Assembly: GCA_963790025.1 (NCBI GenBank)
Contig: CAWBMP010000005.1
Span: forward strand, 416,001-480,000
Direction: 5' to 3'
DNA from: Nitrospirota bacterium
GTDB taxonomy: Bacteria > Nitrospirota > Thermodesulfovibrionia > Thermodesulfovibrionales > Dissulfurispiraceae
Length of the DNA: 64,000 nucleotides
The position numbers and the translations under genes are program-made. The notes under the pieces were generated by a model, which searched no databases, had not been told where the DNA came from, and saw only the letters and a program-made list of their open reading frames with translations. This document shows, piece after piece, positions 29,649-38,928 of this stretch (the first letter of the stretch is position 1; each line of letters begins with the position of its first letter).

Positions 29649-30631
29649 TTGTCGAACTTTTTCCTGTACGACCGTATGGAGTTCCTGATTTCGTCGTTGC
29701 CCGAAATCGTTTCAGGTCGCATATCTTTACCGGTCAGTTTCAAAAAAACATCGTTCAGCGTCGGCCTCTGCAGACGCACCGAAATTACGCTGTCTTGGAG
29801 AGCGCCGATCAGTTTTGGAATACAAGCATCGCCGCCTCCGGCAATCGGAATAAAAACTTCGCCGTTCAGTTCCTCGGCGTCGAGGTGAAACTGGGTTTGT
29901 ATCACACGCAGCGCAATTGCATTGTCCTTAGTCTTCAGGTAAATGACATCCCCGCCGACCATTTTTTTCAGCTCCTCGGGCGAGCCCTGGGCAATGATTT
30001 TTCCCTTATCGATGACAGCTATTCTGTTGCATATTTCGGCCTCTTCCATGTAATGAGTGGTCATGAAAATGGTGACTCCCTGCTGTTGCGGCAGCCTTGA
30101 AATGAATTCCCACAGGTTCGTCCTGCTCTGGGGGTCCAGTCCCAGTGTCGGCTCGTCTAGGAACAATACCCTGGGCTGATGGATGATGCTTCGCGCAACT
30201 TCCAGCCGCCTCTTCATTCCGCCGGAAAACTTTTTTACCGGATCGTTTTTTCGCTCATGAAGTCCCACGAACTGTAATGCGTCCTCTATCCTTTTTTTGC
30301 GCCCGGTCTTGGGTACGCTGTAAAGATAGGAGTGAAAGAGCAGGTTTTCGTATGCAGTTAGCTCCTTGTCCAGGGTATTGTCCTGGAAGACTATACCTAT
30401 TTTTTTCCTGACCTCGGAGGATTCTTTCACGCAGTCGTTGCCGTCAATCGTTGCATTGCCGGAAGTCGGGGAGAGGAGCGTGCATAGAATATTTATAGTT
30501 GTGGTCTTTCCAGCCCCGTTGGGGCCGAGGAAGCCGAAAATGGAACCTTGCTCCACCGCAAAAGATATCCCGTCCACGGCAGTAGTGCTGCCGAATTTCT
30601 TTGTCAGGTTATTTACGGTGATTATGGACAT
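29645..30631 (-). CDS. ABC exporter ATP-binding protein (DrrA-like)
   Basis: GPNGAGKTT, FSGGMKRR, LDEPTLGLD, TTHYMEEA. Confidence 0.94.
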   Translation of the reverse strand: MSIITVNNLTKKFGSTTAVDGISFAVEQGSIFGFLGPNGAGKTTTINILCTLLSPTSGNATIDGNDCVKESSEVRKKIGIVFQDNTLDKELTAYENLLFHSYLYSVPKTGRKKRIEDALQFVGLHERKNDPVKKFSGGMKRRLEVARSIIHQPRVLFLDEPTLGLDPQSRTNLWEFISRLPQQQGVTIFMTTHYMEEAEICNRIAVIDKGKIIAQGSPEELKKMVGGDVIYLKTKDNAIALRVIQTQFHLDAEELNGEVFIPIAGGGDACIPKLIGALQDSVISVRLQRPTLNDVFLKLTGKDMRPETISGNDEIRNSIRSYRKKFDK

Positions 30632-30655
30632 ACTATTAAGTCTAACTTAATTCCG

Positions 30656-32269
30656 CTAGTTATACCACTCGATGCGATTGCGGGGCACATACCAGTGTAT
30701 GAAATCGTAGTCTATTCCTATGGGTGCCTTTACTACGCCCTTGAAGCGTTTGTGCAGTACAAGAAGGGCATCGGGGACGTAGAGGAATGCATACGGTTGT
30801 TCTTCGGCGAGTATCTCGTGTATTCTGTGATAAATCTTTTTCCTTTTTTCCAAGGTAAAGGTGCGCCTGCCTGCTAGCAGTAACCGGTCAACTTCCTCAT
30901 TTTTGTAAGAGATGAAATTGAATTCCCCTTCTTTTGTTTTCGAGGAATGCCAAATGTCGTAGATATCAGGGTCTCTAGAGAGGGCCCAGCCCATAATAAT
31001 GGCTTCGAAACGTTTTTTATCGATAAATTCGTGCAGCATCGCCTGCCACTCGAGTACTTTTATGTGTAATTCTATACCGACCCGATTTAGTTGTTCTTTC
31101 AGTATCTGGGCAGTCTTGAGTCTCGCATCGTTACCCTGGGTTACAAGAACGGTGAAAGAAAATGTCCTGCCGTCTTTCTCTATCAGTCCCGATTTGTTCA
31201 TCCTCCATCCAGCTTCTGCAAGCAGTTCACGTGCCATGGCTGGGTTGTAGTCGTAATCCCTGACAGCCGGATTGTAGGCCCATGATTCAGGGGGGAAGGG
31301 GCCGGTACAGGGAGTTCCGTATCCTAATAGCACCCCGGCTATAATCTCTTTTTTGTTGATTGCATGAGCTATTGCCTGCCTTACACGCACGTCCTTGAAA
31401 AGTGGGTCGAGCAGATTGTATCCCATATATGTGTATCCGAAGGAGGGATACCTGAACTTCTGAAAAAACCTATTGAAGAATGCATTGTTTACCTGAAGTT
31501 TATATTGAGGCGGAGTTACACCCATGAAATCGATGCCGCCGAATTTCAGCTCTAAAAACATCGTCGAAGAATCGGGAATTACGCGAAACAGCACTCTGTC
31601 GATATTCGGTCTTCCTTCGAAGTAATGATCGAAGGCAGTGAGTATGATTTTTTGTCCGGTCACCCATTCGGCAAGCCGGTATGGGCCGTTCCCGGTTGGG
31701 TTCCGGTTTATTTCAGGAGACGAAAGGTCCTTTCCCTCAAGAAGGTGCTTTGGCACGATCCCCATGCCCCAGGATTCTAATGCAGGGGCAAAAGGTTCCT
31801 TGTAAATTACTTTGACCGTATATTTGTCGGGAGCCTCAACGCTCTTAACGGGTCCGTAGATGCTGCTATACGGTGTCGGCACTGATGGATCGATAACTTT
31901 ATTGTAGGTAAAAACAACGTCATCAGCGGTGAGTTCCGTTCCATCATGCCACTTGATACCCTTGTGGAGATGAAAGATTATCTGCAGACCGTCAGGACTT
32001 ACTTCCCATGACTCGGCAAGGTCACCGGTCAGCCTGATATTTTTGTCATACTTTACCAGTCCGTGATAGATAAATCCGCTTATTTCTCCAGATGCGCTGT
32101 CCGAGGCAAGGAATGGAAGAAGCCTTTTGGCATCGGCACCCAAGCCCATTGTAATGGCATTCGGGTATTTGATCTCGGGCTCGCGGGAACAAGAGGAAAA
32201 AAAAGTTAATAGTGACAGTGTCAGCAGAACAAAATTATTTCTTAAAATTCCTGTACCGGTCTTTTTCAT
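30656..32269 (-). CDS. ABC peptide-binding lipoprotein (SBP family 5, AppA/OppA-like)
   Basis: Lipobox FSSC, GDLAESWEVS, WHDG..LTADDV, GNGPY, DVRVRQAI; no cognate permeases adjacent. Confidence 0.92.
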   Translation of the reverse strand: MKKTGTGILRNNFVLLTLSLLTFFSSCSREPEIKYPNAITMGLGADAKRLLPFLASDSASGEISGFIYHGLVKYDKNIRLTGDLAESWEVSPDGLQIIFHLHKGIKWHDGTELTADDVVFTYNKVIDPSVPTPYSSIYGPVKSVEAPDKYTVKVIYKEPFAPALESWGMGIVPKHLLEGKDLSSPEINRNPTGNGPYRLAEWVTGQKIILTAFDHYFEGRPNIDRVLFRVIPDSSTMFLELKFGGIDFMGVTPPQYKLQVNNAFFNRFFQKFRYPSFGYTYMGYNLLDPLFKDVRVRQAIAHAINKKEIIAGVLLGYGTPCTGPFPPESWAYNPAVRDYDYNPAMARELLAEAGWRMNKSGLIEKDGRTFSFTVLVTQGNDARLKTAQILKEQLNRVGIELHIKVLEWQAMLHEFIDKKRFEAIIMGWALSRDPDIYDIWHSSKTKEGEFNFISYKNEEVDRLLLAGRRTFTLEKRKKIYHRIHEILAEEQPYAFLYVPDALLVLHKRFKGVVKAPIGIDYDFIHWYVPRNRIEWYN

Positions 32270-32300
32270 CCCTGACACTTAGCACTGCAACCGACACTTA
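32204..32300. repeat. Degenerate AGTGTCAG/CTGACACT inverted element spanning the secG stop and the lipoprotein signal peptide
   Basis: agtgtcag 32217-32224 versus ctgacact 32272-32279 and ccgacact 32291-32298. Confidence 0.5.
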
Positions 32301-32609
32301 CTTTTTCATTGGTTGCTGAGGCAGTTGTTGAGGAAAGGCCTTACCCTGTCCGGCAGGTGTCCCTTCCTTGATCACCGATGCGTGTTTATTGGCCACCATC
32401 GATAAGGTCAGTGATGTCAGCATAAAGACAACAGCAGCACCAGTTGTCAGTTTACTCAGGAAAGTGGCCGCTCCCCTGCTGCCGAAAATAGTCTGACTTG
32501 AGCCGCCGAATGCCGCACCTATCTCGGCGCCTTTACCGCCCTGCAACAAGACTATTGAAATCAGGAACAGACATGCAACGGCATGTACAATAATCAAAAA
32601 CATGGTCAT
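32298..32609 (-). CDS. secG: Preprotein translocase subunit SecG
   Basis: VLLQGGKGAEIGAAFGG, FLSKLT; follows tpiA. Confidence 0.95.
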   Translation of the reverse strand: MTMFLIIVHAVACLFLISIVLLQGGKGAEIGAAFGGSSQTIFGSRGAATFLSKLTTGAAVVFMLTSLTLSMVANKHASVIKEGTPAGQGKAFPQQLPQQPMKK

Positions 32610-32623
32610 AAGAAAACCTCCAT

Positions 32624-33370
32624 TTACTTTTTGAATTTTACGATCCTAGAAAAGCTGTCGGCCTTCAAGCTGGCCCCGCCGACAAGGGCGCCATCTACAT
32701 CGCCACATTTCATAAGGGCATCTATATTATCGGGTGTCACGCTGCCGCCGTATAGAATCCTGATCTCCAGGGAAGCAGGACCGCCGTATAATGCGGCGAG
32801 CCGTTCGCGTATATAGTGATGGGCATCCTGTGCCTGTTCGGTTGTTGCTGTCTTGCCTGTGCCGATAGCCCATATCGGCTCATAGGCCACGACTATGCAA
32901 TCCGGTGGGACCTCTTTCAGCCCTTCCTCTATTTCACGTTTCAGGATATCCAGAGTCCTTCCCGCCTCACGCTCCTCAAGAGACTCCCCGATACAAAAGA
33001 TCACCTCAAGGCCATGCTTCCTTGCTATCTTCGCCTTCCTGTTAAGCATTTCATCGGTTTCTTTGAAGTACTGCCGTCTTTCCGAATGGCCGAGAATAAC
33101 GTGGCTGCAGCCTGCATCCGTAAGCATTGCCGGAGCAATCTCACCGGTATAGGCGCCTTTCTCCTCATAGTAAAGGTTCTGAGCTGCGAGGCGTATGGTA
33201 CTGTTGGCCATGAGAGCTGCCGCGGCATGAAGAGAGGTAAATGGCGGAGCGATGACAATGTCGACGGCAGCAGCATCCTGCACGAGCGGCATAAACTCGT
33301 TCAGGAACGCACGGGTTTCCCCGATTGTCTTATTCATTTTCCAGTTGGCGGCTATACACGGTCGTCGCAT
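32624..33370 (-). CDS. tpiA: Triose-phosphate isomerase
   Basis: ANWKM, GHSERR, AYEPIWAIGTG, YGGSV, LVGGASL. Confidence 0.98.
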   Translation of the reverse strand: MRRPCIAANWKMNKTIGETRAFLNEFMPLVQDAAAVDIVIAPPFTSLHAAAALMANSTIRLAAQNLYYEEKGAYTGEIAPAMLTDAGCSHVILGHSERRQYFKETDEMLNRKAKIARKHGLEVIFCIGESLEEREAGRTLDILKREIEEGLKEVPPDCIVVAYEPIWAIGTGKTATTEQAQDAHHYIRERLAALYGGPASLEIRILYGGSVTPDNIDALMKCGDVDGALVGGASLKADSFSRIVKFKK

Positions 33371-33376
33371 CTATAT

Positions 33377-33405
33377 ACAATATCGTAACGGGCAATACCT
33401 GTCAA
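33377..33405 (-). promoter_or_regulatory. sigma70 promoter for leaderless tpiA
   Basis: TTGACA-17 nt-TATTGT, 6 nt before ATG; no SD; the -35 overlaps the PKS stop codon. Confidence 0.65.
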
Positions 33406-34448
33406 GCCTTTCTCAGAAGACAAGCGTGGGCCGACAGGCCTGCTCCAAAGGCAACCATAACGCACCATTCGCCTTTTTTGATGCCGCTGTCAAGGAGTCT
33501 CTTCAAAACGAATATTACCGTGGGCGAAGACATATTCCCATAATCCAGGAGGACACTTCTCGTTGCGCTCAACTGTTCCTCGGCCAGTCCCACCTCATCC
33601 CTGATCGCATTTATGATCTTTTCCCCGCCCGTATGGAGTGCCCAGTGAGCGATGTCTGCGAGCCGCAGAGATCTCCTCGATAGCAGCTCTTTGACTACCG
33701 CGGCAACGGCTTTTTTTATGTAGTTGTCAAGTTTCATCGAGAGCTGATTGCAGAGTTGACCATTCTTGTGGACGTAACGAATATATTCGCGTTCTTCAGG
33801 AATACTGATGCCAAGCGAATCGACTATTTCGAAACCCTCAGGTCTTTTGCTTACAACGGCTGCTGAGGCGCCGTCACCAAAGAGGGTATTGGAGACGAGA
33901 AGACTGAGGTCGTCGGACATCTGAAACGTGGCGCTGCATATCTCGGAAGAGACGCTTACAATAATTCCTTCCCGCGTCTGTTGTGCCAGGGCATCAGCCA
34001 GTTGGAGATTAGGAATCGCCCCGCCGCACCCGCTGCCCACCAGATCGTAGACCCGCACATCCCTGCGCAATCCGAGTCTCTCGACAAGATATGTCGAAAT
34101 GCCCGGGCAGATATATCCTGTGCAGGTATTGACTATAAGTCCTTTAACGTCATCAACGCCGGCCCTTACTTCATTCAGGGCCTGTGTTATGGCGTCAGAA
34201 GAGAGGGTTACAGACCACTCTGTAAACCGGGCAATGCGGCTGTCAATATCTTCTGTAAATAATGTCTTGGAATTGTCTATGGCAAAGGAGCGGTAGGCGA
34301 TAGATGGATGATCGAAAAGTTTATGCAGAAGGGAAATGCTCCGACGGTTCAGCTTGTCCGAGTAATGCTCCGCCAGGATCTTTCCCCCTTCTTTCTGGCT
34401 GACCCGGAAAGGCGGTGTTGCTGTGCCAAGAGAGGCTATATAGGTCAT
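33402..34448 (-). CDS. Type III polyketide synthase (chalcone synthase-like)
   Basis: TCTG..CPG, catalytic Cys (GSGCGG), LFGDGA, His (HTGG), Asn (GNMSS), FGAGL. Confidence 0.92.
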   Translation of the reverse strand: MTYIASLGTATPPFRVSQKEGGKILAEHYSDKLNRRSISLLHKLFDHPSIAYRSFAIDNSKTLFTEDIDSRIARFTEWSVTLSSDAITQALNEVRAGVDDVKGLIVNTCTGYICPGISTYLVERLGLRRDVRVYDLVGSGCGGAIPNLQLADALAQQTREGIIVSVSSEICSATFQMSDDLSLLVSNTLFGDGASAAVVSKRPEGFEIVDSLGISIPEEREYIRYVHKNGQLCNQLSMKLDNYIKKAVAAVVKELLSRRSLRLADIAHWALHTGGEKIINAIRDEVGLAEEQLSATRSVLLDYGNMSSPTVIFVLKRLLDSGIKKGEWCVMVAFGAGLSAHACLLRKA

Positions 34449-34840
34449 TTCACTACTTCAATTTGGCCCTTCATGCCGAATGAGGAATGCAGCGGTTTGT
34501 CGCAATAGTAGTCATATTTTCCAGGTTCGGAGAGGGTGAACTTGATCTCTGTCGTTTTTTTGAAGGGAAGGTCCACACTTTGGATTATCTGTCCCAGTGT
34601 ATCTTTTATTGTGAAATTATGCCCGGCATCCGATATATTCGATATTTTGAGCACTATTACATCTCCCTGGTATGCTTTTATATTGTTCGGTGTGAAATAA
34701 AAGCTGCTTGCTTCCATTGTTATCACTTTCTCACCTTTTCCAGGGCTGACTGCAACCTGTTGCTGCAAGCTTGCACAAGCTGCAAGCATGAACAGCATAC
34801 CAAGGAATGCCTTCAGCAGCCGCTTAGATCTGTTTTGCAT
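34445..34840 (-). CDS. Cupredoxin-domain lipoprotein
   Basis: Lipobox LAAC; type-1 Cu ligands HNF and YYCDKPLHSSFGM. Confidence 0.88.
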   Translation of the reverse strand: MQNRSKRLLKAFLGMLFMLAACASLQQQVAVSPGKGEKVITMEASSFYFTPNNIKAYQGDVIVLKISNISDAGHNFTIKDTLGQIIQSVDLPFKKTTEIKFTLSEPGKYDYYCDKPLHSSFGMKGQIEVVK

Positions 34841-34908
34841 AAATGCCCTCCACTTTGTTTTTCAATGGCCACTCCAATGAATAGAGTATATCATGCAAAA
34901 TGAGATTT

Positions 34909-34953
34909 AAATCGACCGGGAAAGGCAGATGCCCATCCCGGTCGATTTTTTTT
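34909..34953. terminator. Stem-loop / terminator
   Basis: AATCGACCGGG...CCCGGTCGATT followed by a T tract on the + strand. Confidence 0.6.
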
Positions 34954-34978
34954 ATCGCCGCTTTTTGTACTATGGTGT

Positions 34979-35392
34979 CTAAGGAGATACACCACCTGTA
35001 CCTTCGTCAGGCGGAGACGAAGGAGGTACCACCTTCTCCCAGCCATCGGCACACTGTTTCACGTACGGATAGTAGGTCTGGGTATTTTTACAGAAATACC
35101 AGTACTTCTGGTCCTGCTGCTGGGACGGCTGAACATATACCTGCGGCTGCTGTTGAATGACCACAGGTGGAACTGGATAGTACGGAGAATAGTAAGGATA
35201 CGTGTCCCACCATGGGTCCCATCCCGGACCGATCCATACACCACCCCTAAAAATGAATCGATCATGCCCACGTCCAACAAAGCTATGGTGAACATGTCCG
35301 CCAAAATGACCGTGATCAGCATATACGGGCACAGCAGTTGTAAATAGCAGAGCCAGGACAGCAAGAACAAGAAGAATAATACTTTTTTTCAT
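34979..35392 (-). CDS. Exported His/Pro/Tyr-rich hypothetical protein
   Basis: Signal peptide; DHGHFGGHVHH; YWYFC...YYPYVKQC..GW; SD AAGGAGGA. Confidence 0.8.
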   Translation of the reverse strand: MKKSIILLVLAVLALLFTTAVPVYADHGHFGGHVHHSFVGRGHDRFIFRGGVWIGPGWDPWWDTYPYYSPYYPVPPVVIQQQPQVYVQPSQQQDQKYWYFCKNTQTYYPYVKQCADGWEKVVPPSSPPDEGTGGVSP

Positions 35393-35786
35393 CTCATCCT
35401 CCTTTCCATGAAACTCATGGAATCTGACGTTTATTGTTTTATTAACCCCGGCTGAACGTTTTTATGAGTAGATCTGCTCAACTTGGGTTTAAATTCTATC
35501 TTCCTCTACTTACATTTTAGTCGATAAAAGCAATCGAAAGGTTACGAAAAACTCATAGACTAAAAATATAATTATTACAATAAGTTGCATGCACGCAGGC
35601 GAATGCATTTAACAGTTGTAAAATTGGCGTGACATTTCATTTGTTAAACTCCTTCACACCTATTGATAAAATATGAAACTATCTGCTATTATCACTTACT
35701 AATTTGAGGCCGCGAATGCTTGCACAACGACAACCATGAAGGCTGAACACTTCATGGTTTCTTTTTTTACGGGAAGGAGAATATAC

Positions 35787-37442
35787 ATGAAAGCCGGCTT
35801 GGATTTAAACTTTTCGTTAACTGCCGCGTTACTATCGATCATGTCCCTGCTTTTGCCGGCTTTCACCTGCCCGGCACATGCAGAAGAAAACCACATCATA
35901 GCGGCAGACAAGAGAAGCGCCACGCTGGCCAATTTTATCAAAAACCTTGCGGACAACGGAGTTACTGCTGATGAGGCTATTGTTATCGCCCGCATATTGA
36001 ACAGCCATAACAAACCTCCGTTATCCGAGCAAGAAGTGGATGATGCCGTTATAAATGTGTATAACAAACCATTGACTTCTGAAGAAGAAAAAAATGATCC
36101 GCCGGCGGCTATTTCCGAAAAAAAGATTGACGCAGGGCCTGCTGTGCAGCAGCCAGTGTTGAAAATAGAAGGGTTGCCATCGTGGGTGCCAAAAGTGCTG
36201 GGATTGCAATTCAACGGTATATACCAGAACGTGCCGGGTTTCCGCAGTTCCTACGTAGGTGCCCACAGCTTCAGGACCGATGGCGGTGAGGGACACAACA
36301 TAACCCATATATATGGAGTATATCTGGGTTCACAGTTGGCTGATACACTTCAGACATATGTCGATATTGAAATGGCCAAGGGCAGCGGGGTGAGCAAAGG
36401 CCAGGGACTCGGCGGCTATCCCGATGGCGATGTAATCAGGGTCGGTTCGGTTGGTCTGGGCAACGGCCCATACATAGCACGCGCCTATATGCGCTATTAC
36501 TATCCATTGGCATCGAATACGGAAGATGTGGAGCGCGGCCAGGACCAACTGCCGGGAAAAGAGCCTGTCAGCAGGTTCGAGGTAAAGGCCGGCAAAATGT
36601 CGTTGGCAGATGATTTCGACCTTAACCGTTATTCCAACAACACGCGCACCCAGTTTTTTAACTACAGCTTTATTAACAACACTGCTTGGGATTATGCGGC
36701 TGATACCAGGGGCTACAGTTATGGGGTAGTTGCATCCGTGTACCAGCCGACATGGAGATTGGCCTTTGCCAGTTTTGCTGAAGTTACATTTGCAAACGGC
36801 GCGACAATAGACACACAAATCTTCAAGGCCCAGGGAAACAATCTTGAATTTACTGTGAAACCTAATGACATTGGCACAGTTGTTCGCGTGCTCGCCTATC
36901 TGAATCGGGGGCGTCTGGGCAATTATGCTCATGCGATAGCCATAGGGCGTGAGACTTCTGCGATCCCCGATGTCAGAGCCGACGAGAACGAGAATCTGGT
37001 CCGTACCAAGTGGGGTTATGGCCTGAATTTCGAGCAGCCGCTGGCAGATAAGGGAGAAACGGGTATTTTCGGGCGTCTAGGCTGGAACGATGGAAAAAAC
37101 GAGACTTTTTCTTATACCGAAGTGGACCGGACTATCAGTCTGGGATTACAGGTGAACGGAGTACATTGGGGCAGGGACGTGGACCAGTTGGGAATTGCGT
37201 ATGCATTTGATGGCCTGTCATCCGACCACAAGAAATATCTTGCGGCCGGCGGACTTGGCATGTTGTTGGGTGATGGAAAACTGAATTACGGCCTGGAGCA
37301 GGTATTAGAGGCATACTACCGGATACAGATAGGGAAATATGTTCAGGTTTCTCCCGATTTCCAGTTAATACAGAACCCTGGATACAACCGCGACAGGGGA
37401 CCGGCTGAAGTATATTCCATGCGTTTGCGGCTGAGCTATTGA
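35787..37442 (+). CDS. OprB-family outer-membrane porin (MnoP-like)
   Basis: Signal peptide, AWDYAADTRGYSYG, GLEQVLEAYY, NPGYNRDRGP; terminal aromatic residue. Confidence 0.82.
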   Translation: MKAGLDLNFSLTAALLSIMSLLLPAFTCPAHAEENHIIAADKRSATLANFIKNLADNGVTADEAIVIARILNSHNKPPLSEQEVDDAVINVYNKPLTSEEEKNDPPAAISEKKIDAGPAVQQPVLKIEGLPSWVPKVLGLQFNGIYQNVPGFRSSYVGAHSFRTDGGEGHNITHIYGVYLGSQLADTLQTYVDIEMAKGSGVSKGQGLGGYPDGDVIRVGSVGLGNGPYIARAYMRYYYPLASNTEDVERGQDQLPGKEPVSRFEVKAGKMSLADDFDLNRYSNNTRTQFFNYSFINNTAWDYAADTRGYSYGVVASVYQPTWRLAFASFAEVTFANGATIDTQIFKAQGNNLEFTVKPNDIGTVVRVLAYLNRGRLGNYAHAIAIGRETSAIPDVRADENENLVRTKWGYGLNFEQPLADKGETGIFGRLGWNDGKNETFSYTEVDRTISLGLQVNGVHWGRDVDQLGIAYAFDGLSSDHKKYLAAGGLGMLLGDGKLNYGLEQVLEAYYRIQIGKYVQVSPDFQLIQNPGYNRDRGPAEVYSMRLRLSY

Positions 37443-37444
37443 AA

Positions 37445-37548
37445 AATGAGTGGGTGAATAAGAAGGTGAGTATATGAGTGAATGGGTGAATAGAAGTTTT
37501 TTATTACTGTTTTACTCATATACTCTTTTACCCATTTACTCATATACT
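37445..37548. repeat. Octamer-based inverted repeat between the convergent porin and kinase genes
   Basis: gtgagtat atgagtga atgggtga ... tactcata tactcttt tacccatt tactcata; includes the kinase stop codon. Confidence 0.75.
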
Positions 37549-38928
37549 TTTTGATCGAGTAAATATTACTTTAACAGAGGTCCCCTTGCCTTCCTTCGGC
37601 TCATTAATAAAAATACCGGCATTATGCTTTATGGCAATTTCCCTGGCTATTGCCAGTCCGAGTCCGCTTCCCTCAATATCGTTTCGCGGACCGCGCCTCA
37701 GGATACGATAGAACCGCTCAAAAACCCGTTTTTTTTCGTTTTCCGGGATTCCCGGTCCGTTATCCTCAACTATTAAACTGATGTTGTCCTGCACTTCTAC
37801 TTTTAACGTCACAACGCTGCCGAAAGGGCTGTAACGGATTGCATTGTCCACCAAGTTGTCAATCATCATTTTCAGCCGCAGGATGTCTCCCCGTATCATA
37901 GCTTTTTCGCCTGAGCAGCTAAAACCAAGGTCAATATTCTTTCTCAATGCCTCAGGGACCCATTCGTTGGCAATTTCGCGGGAAAAAATAATCAGATCCA
38001 ACTCCTTCAGGTCATTAACCGCATCAGAGTTAGGCTCCACCTGCGCCAGCGCCAGCATCTGCTTAATAAGGCGGGAGGAACGATTGACGCTTATGCTGAT
38101 CTGCTGCAGTGAATGCCTTATGTGTTCCGGATCGGCTTCCTGCAAAGCCACATCGAGTTGGGTCTTTAACCCCGTAAGGGGAGTACGCAATTGGTGGGCT
38201 GCATCGTTGATAAAACGCCGTTGCATTTGCAGGGCGTCATCCAACCGCTGTAAAAGATCGTTGACAGCCTGGGCCACCGGAAGCATTTCCAGAGGCGTAT
38301 GGCTTTCCTCGATAGGGGTCAAATCACGATGAGAGCGTGCGGCTATCTCGTCGCGCATGCGATGCAGCGGCTCTAATCCCGTCCGCACGCCCAACCAAAC
38401 TATTGTCGCAGCTATCAGGATCAGCACAAGTTGGGGAAGCACCATTGCAGTGATGATCTCTCTCTGCAGAATAGCACGCTTATTCAGGGTTTCGGCTATT
38501 TGCACCAGTACAGGTTGCCCCGCAATAGCGAAATAGCGTGAGGCGATGCGCAGTTTATGCCCCTGCATAGAACCGTAGTGCATAATGGGTGGGCCGAATG
38601 TGACCGGAGCTTCAGGCATGAGGAGGCCGGGCTCTCCTGCTATCAGCTTTCCACTGAGGTCCGAAACCTTGAAATAAATCTTATCGTATTCATCTGTCAG
38701 GAGCATCTCCACGGCAGCTCGTGGAAGGTCCAGTCTTATTTGACTGCCGACGACTGTTATCTGTTTCGATATGTCGCCGGTGAAATCAGCCAGGGCGCGA
38801 TCATAGGCGATATTCGAGAACTTTGTTGCCAGGTGATAAGCTATTGCCGCCCCTATCAGCCACAAAAACAGCAGCGGCAGGAGCAGCCAAATAAGAAGTT
38901 TGCGACGCAGTGACGTAGGCTTATGCAT
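37540..38928 (-). CDS. Sensor histidine kinase (QseC/TctE-like)
   Basis: Two TM segments, HAMP, AAHQLRTPL, NLVDNAIRYS, DNGPGI, GSGLGL. Confidence 0.93.
   Translation of the reverse strand: MHKPTSLRRKLLIWLLLPLLFLWLIGAAIAYHLATKFSNIAYDRALADFTGDISKQITVVGSQIRLDLPRAAVEMLLTDEYDKIYFKVSDLSGKLIAGEPGLLMPEAPVTFGPPIMHYGSMQGHKLRIASRYFAIAGQPVLVQIAETLNKRAILQREIITAMVLPQLVLILIAATIVWLGVRTGLEPLHRMRDEIAARSHRDLTPIEESHTPLEMLPVAQAVNDLLQRLDDALQMQRRFINDAAHQLRTPLTGLKTQLDVALQEADPEHIRHSLQQISISVNRSSRLIKQMLALAQVEPNSDAVNDLKELDLIIFSREIANEWVPEALRKNIDLGFSCSGEKAMIRGDILRLKMMIDNLVDNAIRYSPFGSVVTLKVEVQDNISLIVEDNGPGIPENEKKRVFERFYRILRRGPRNDIEGSGLGLAIAREIAIKHNAGIFINEPKEGKGTSVKVIFTRSKSI

Noticed and set aside
32279..32297. tRNA-Leu often found after secG
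   Set aside because: The gap is too short and no cloverleaf or GTTCGA arm is present
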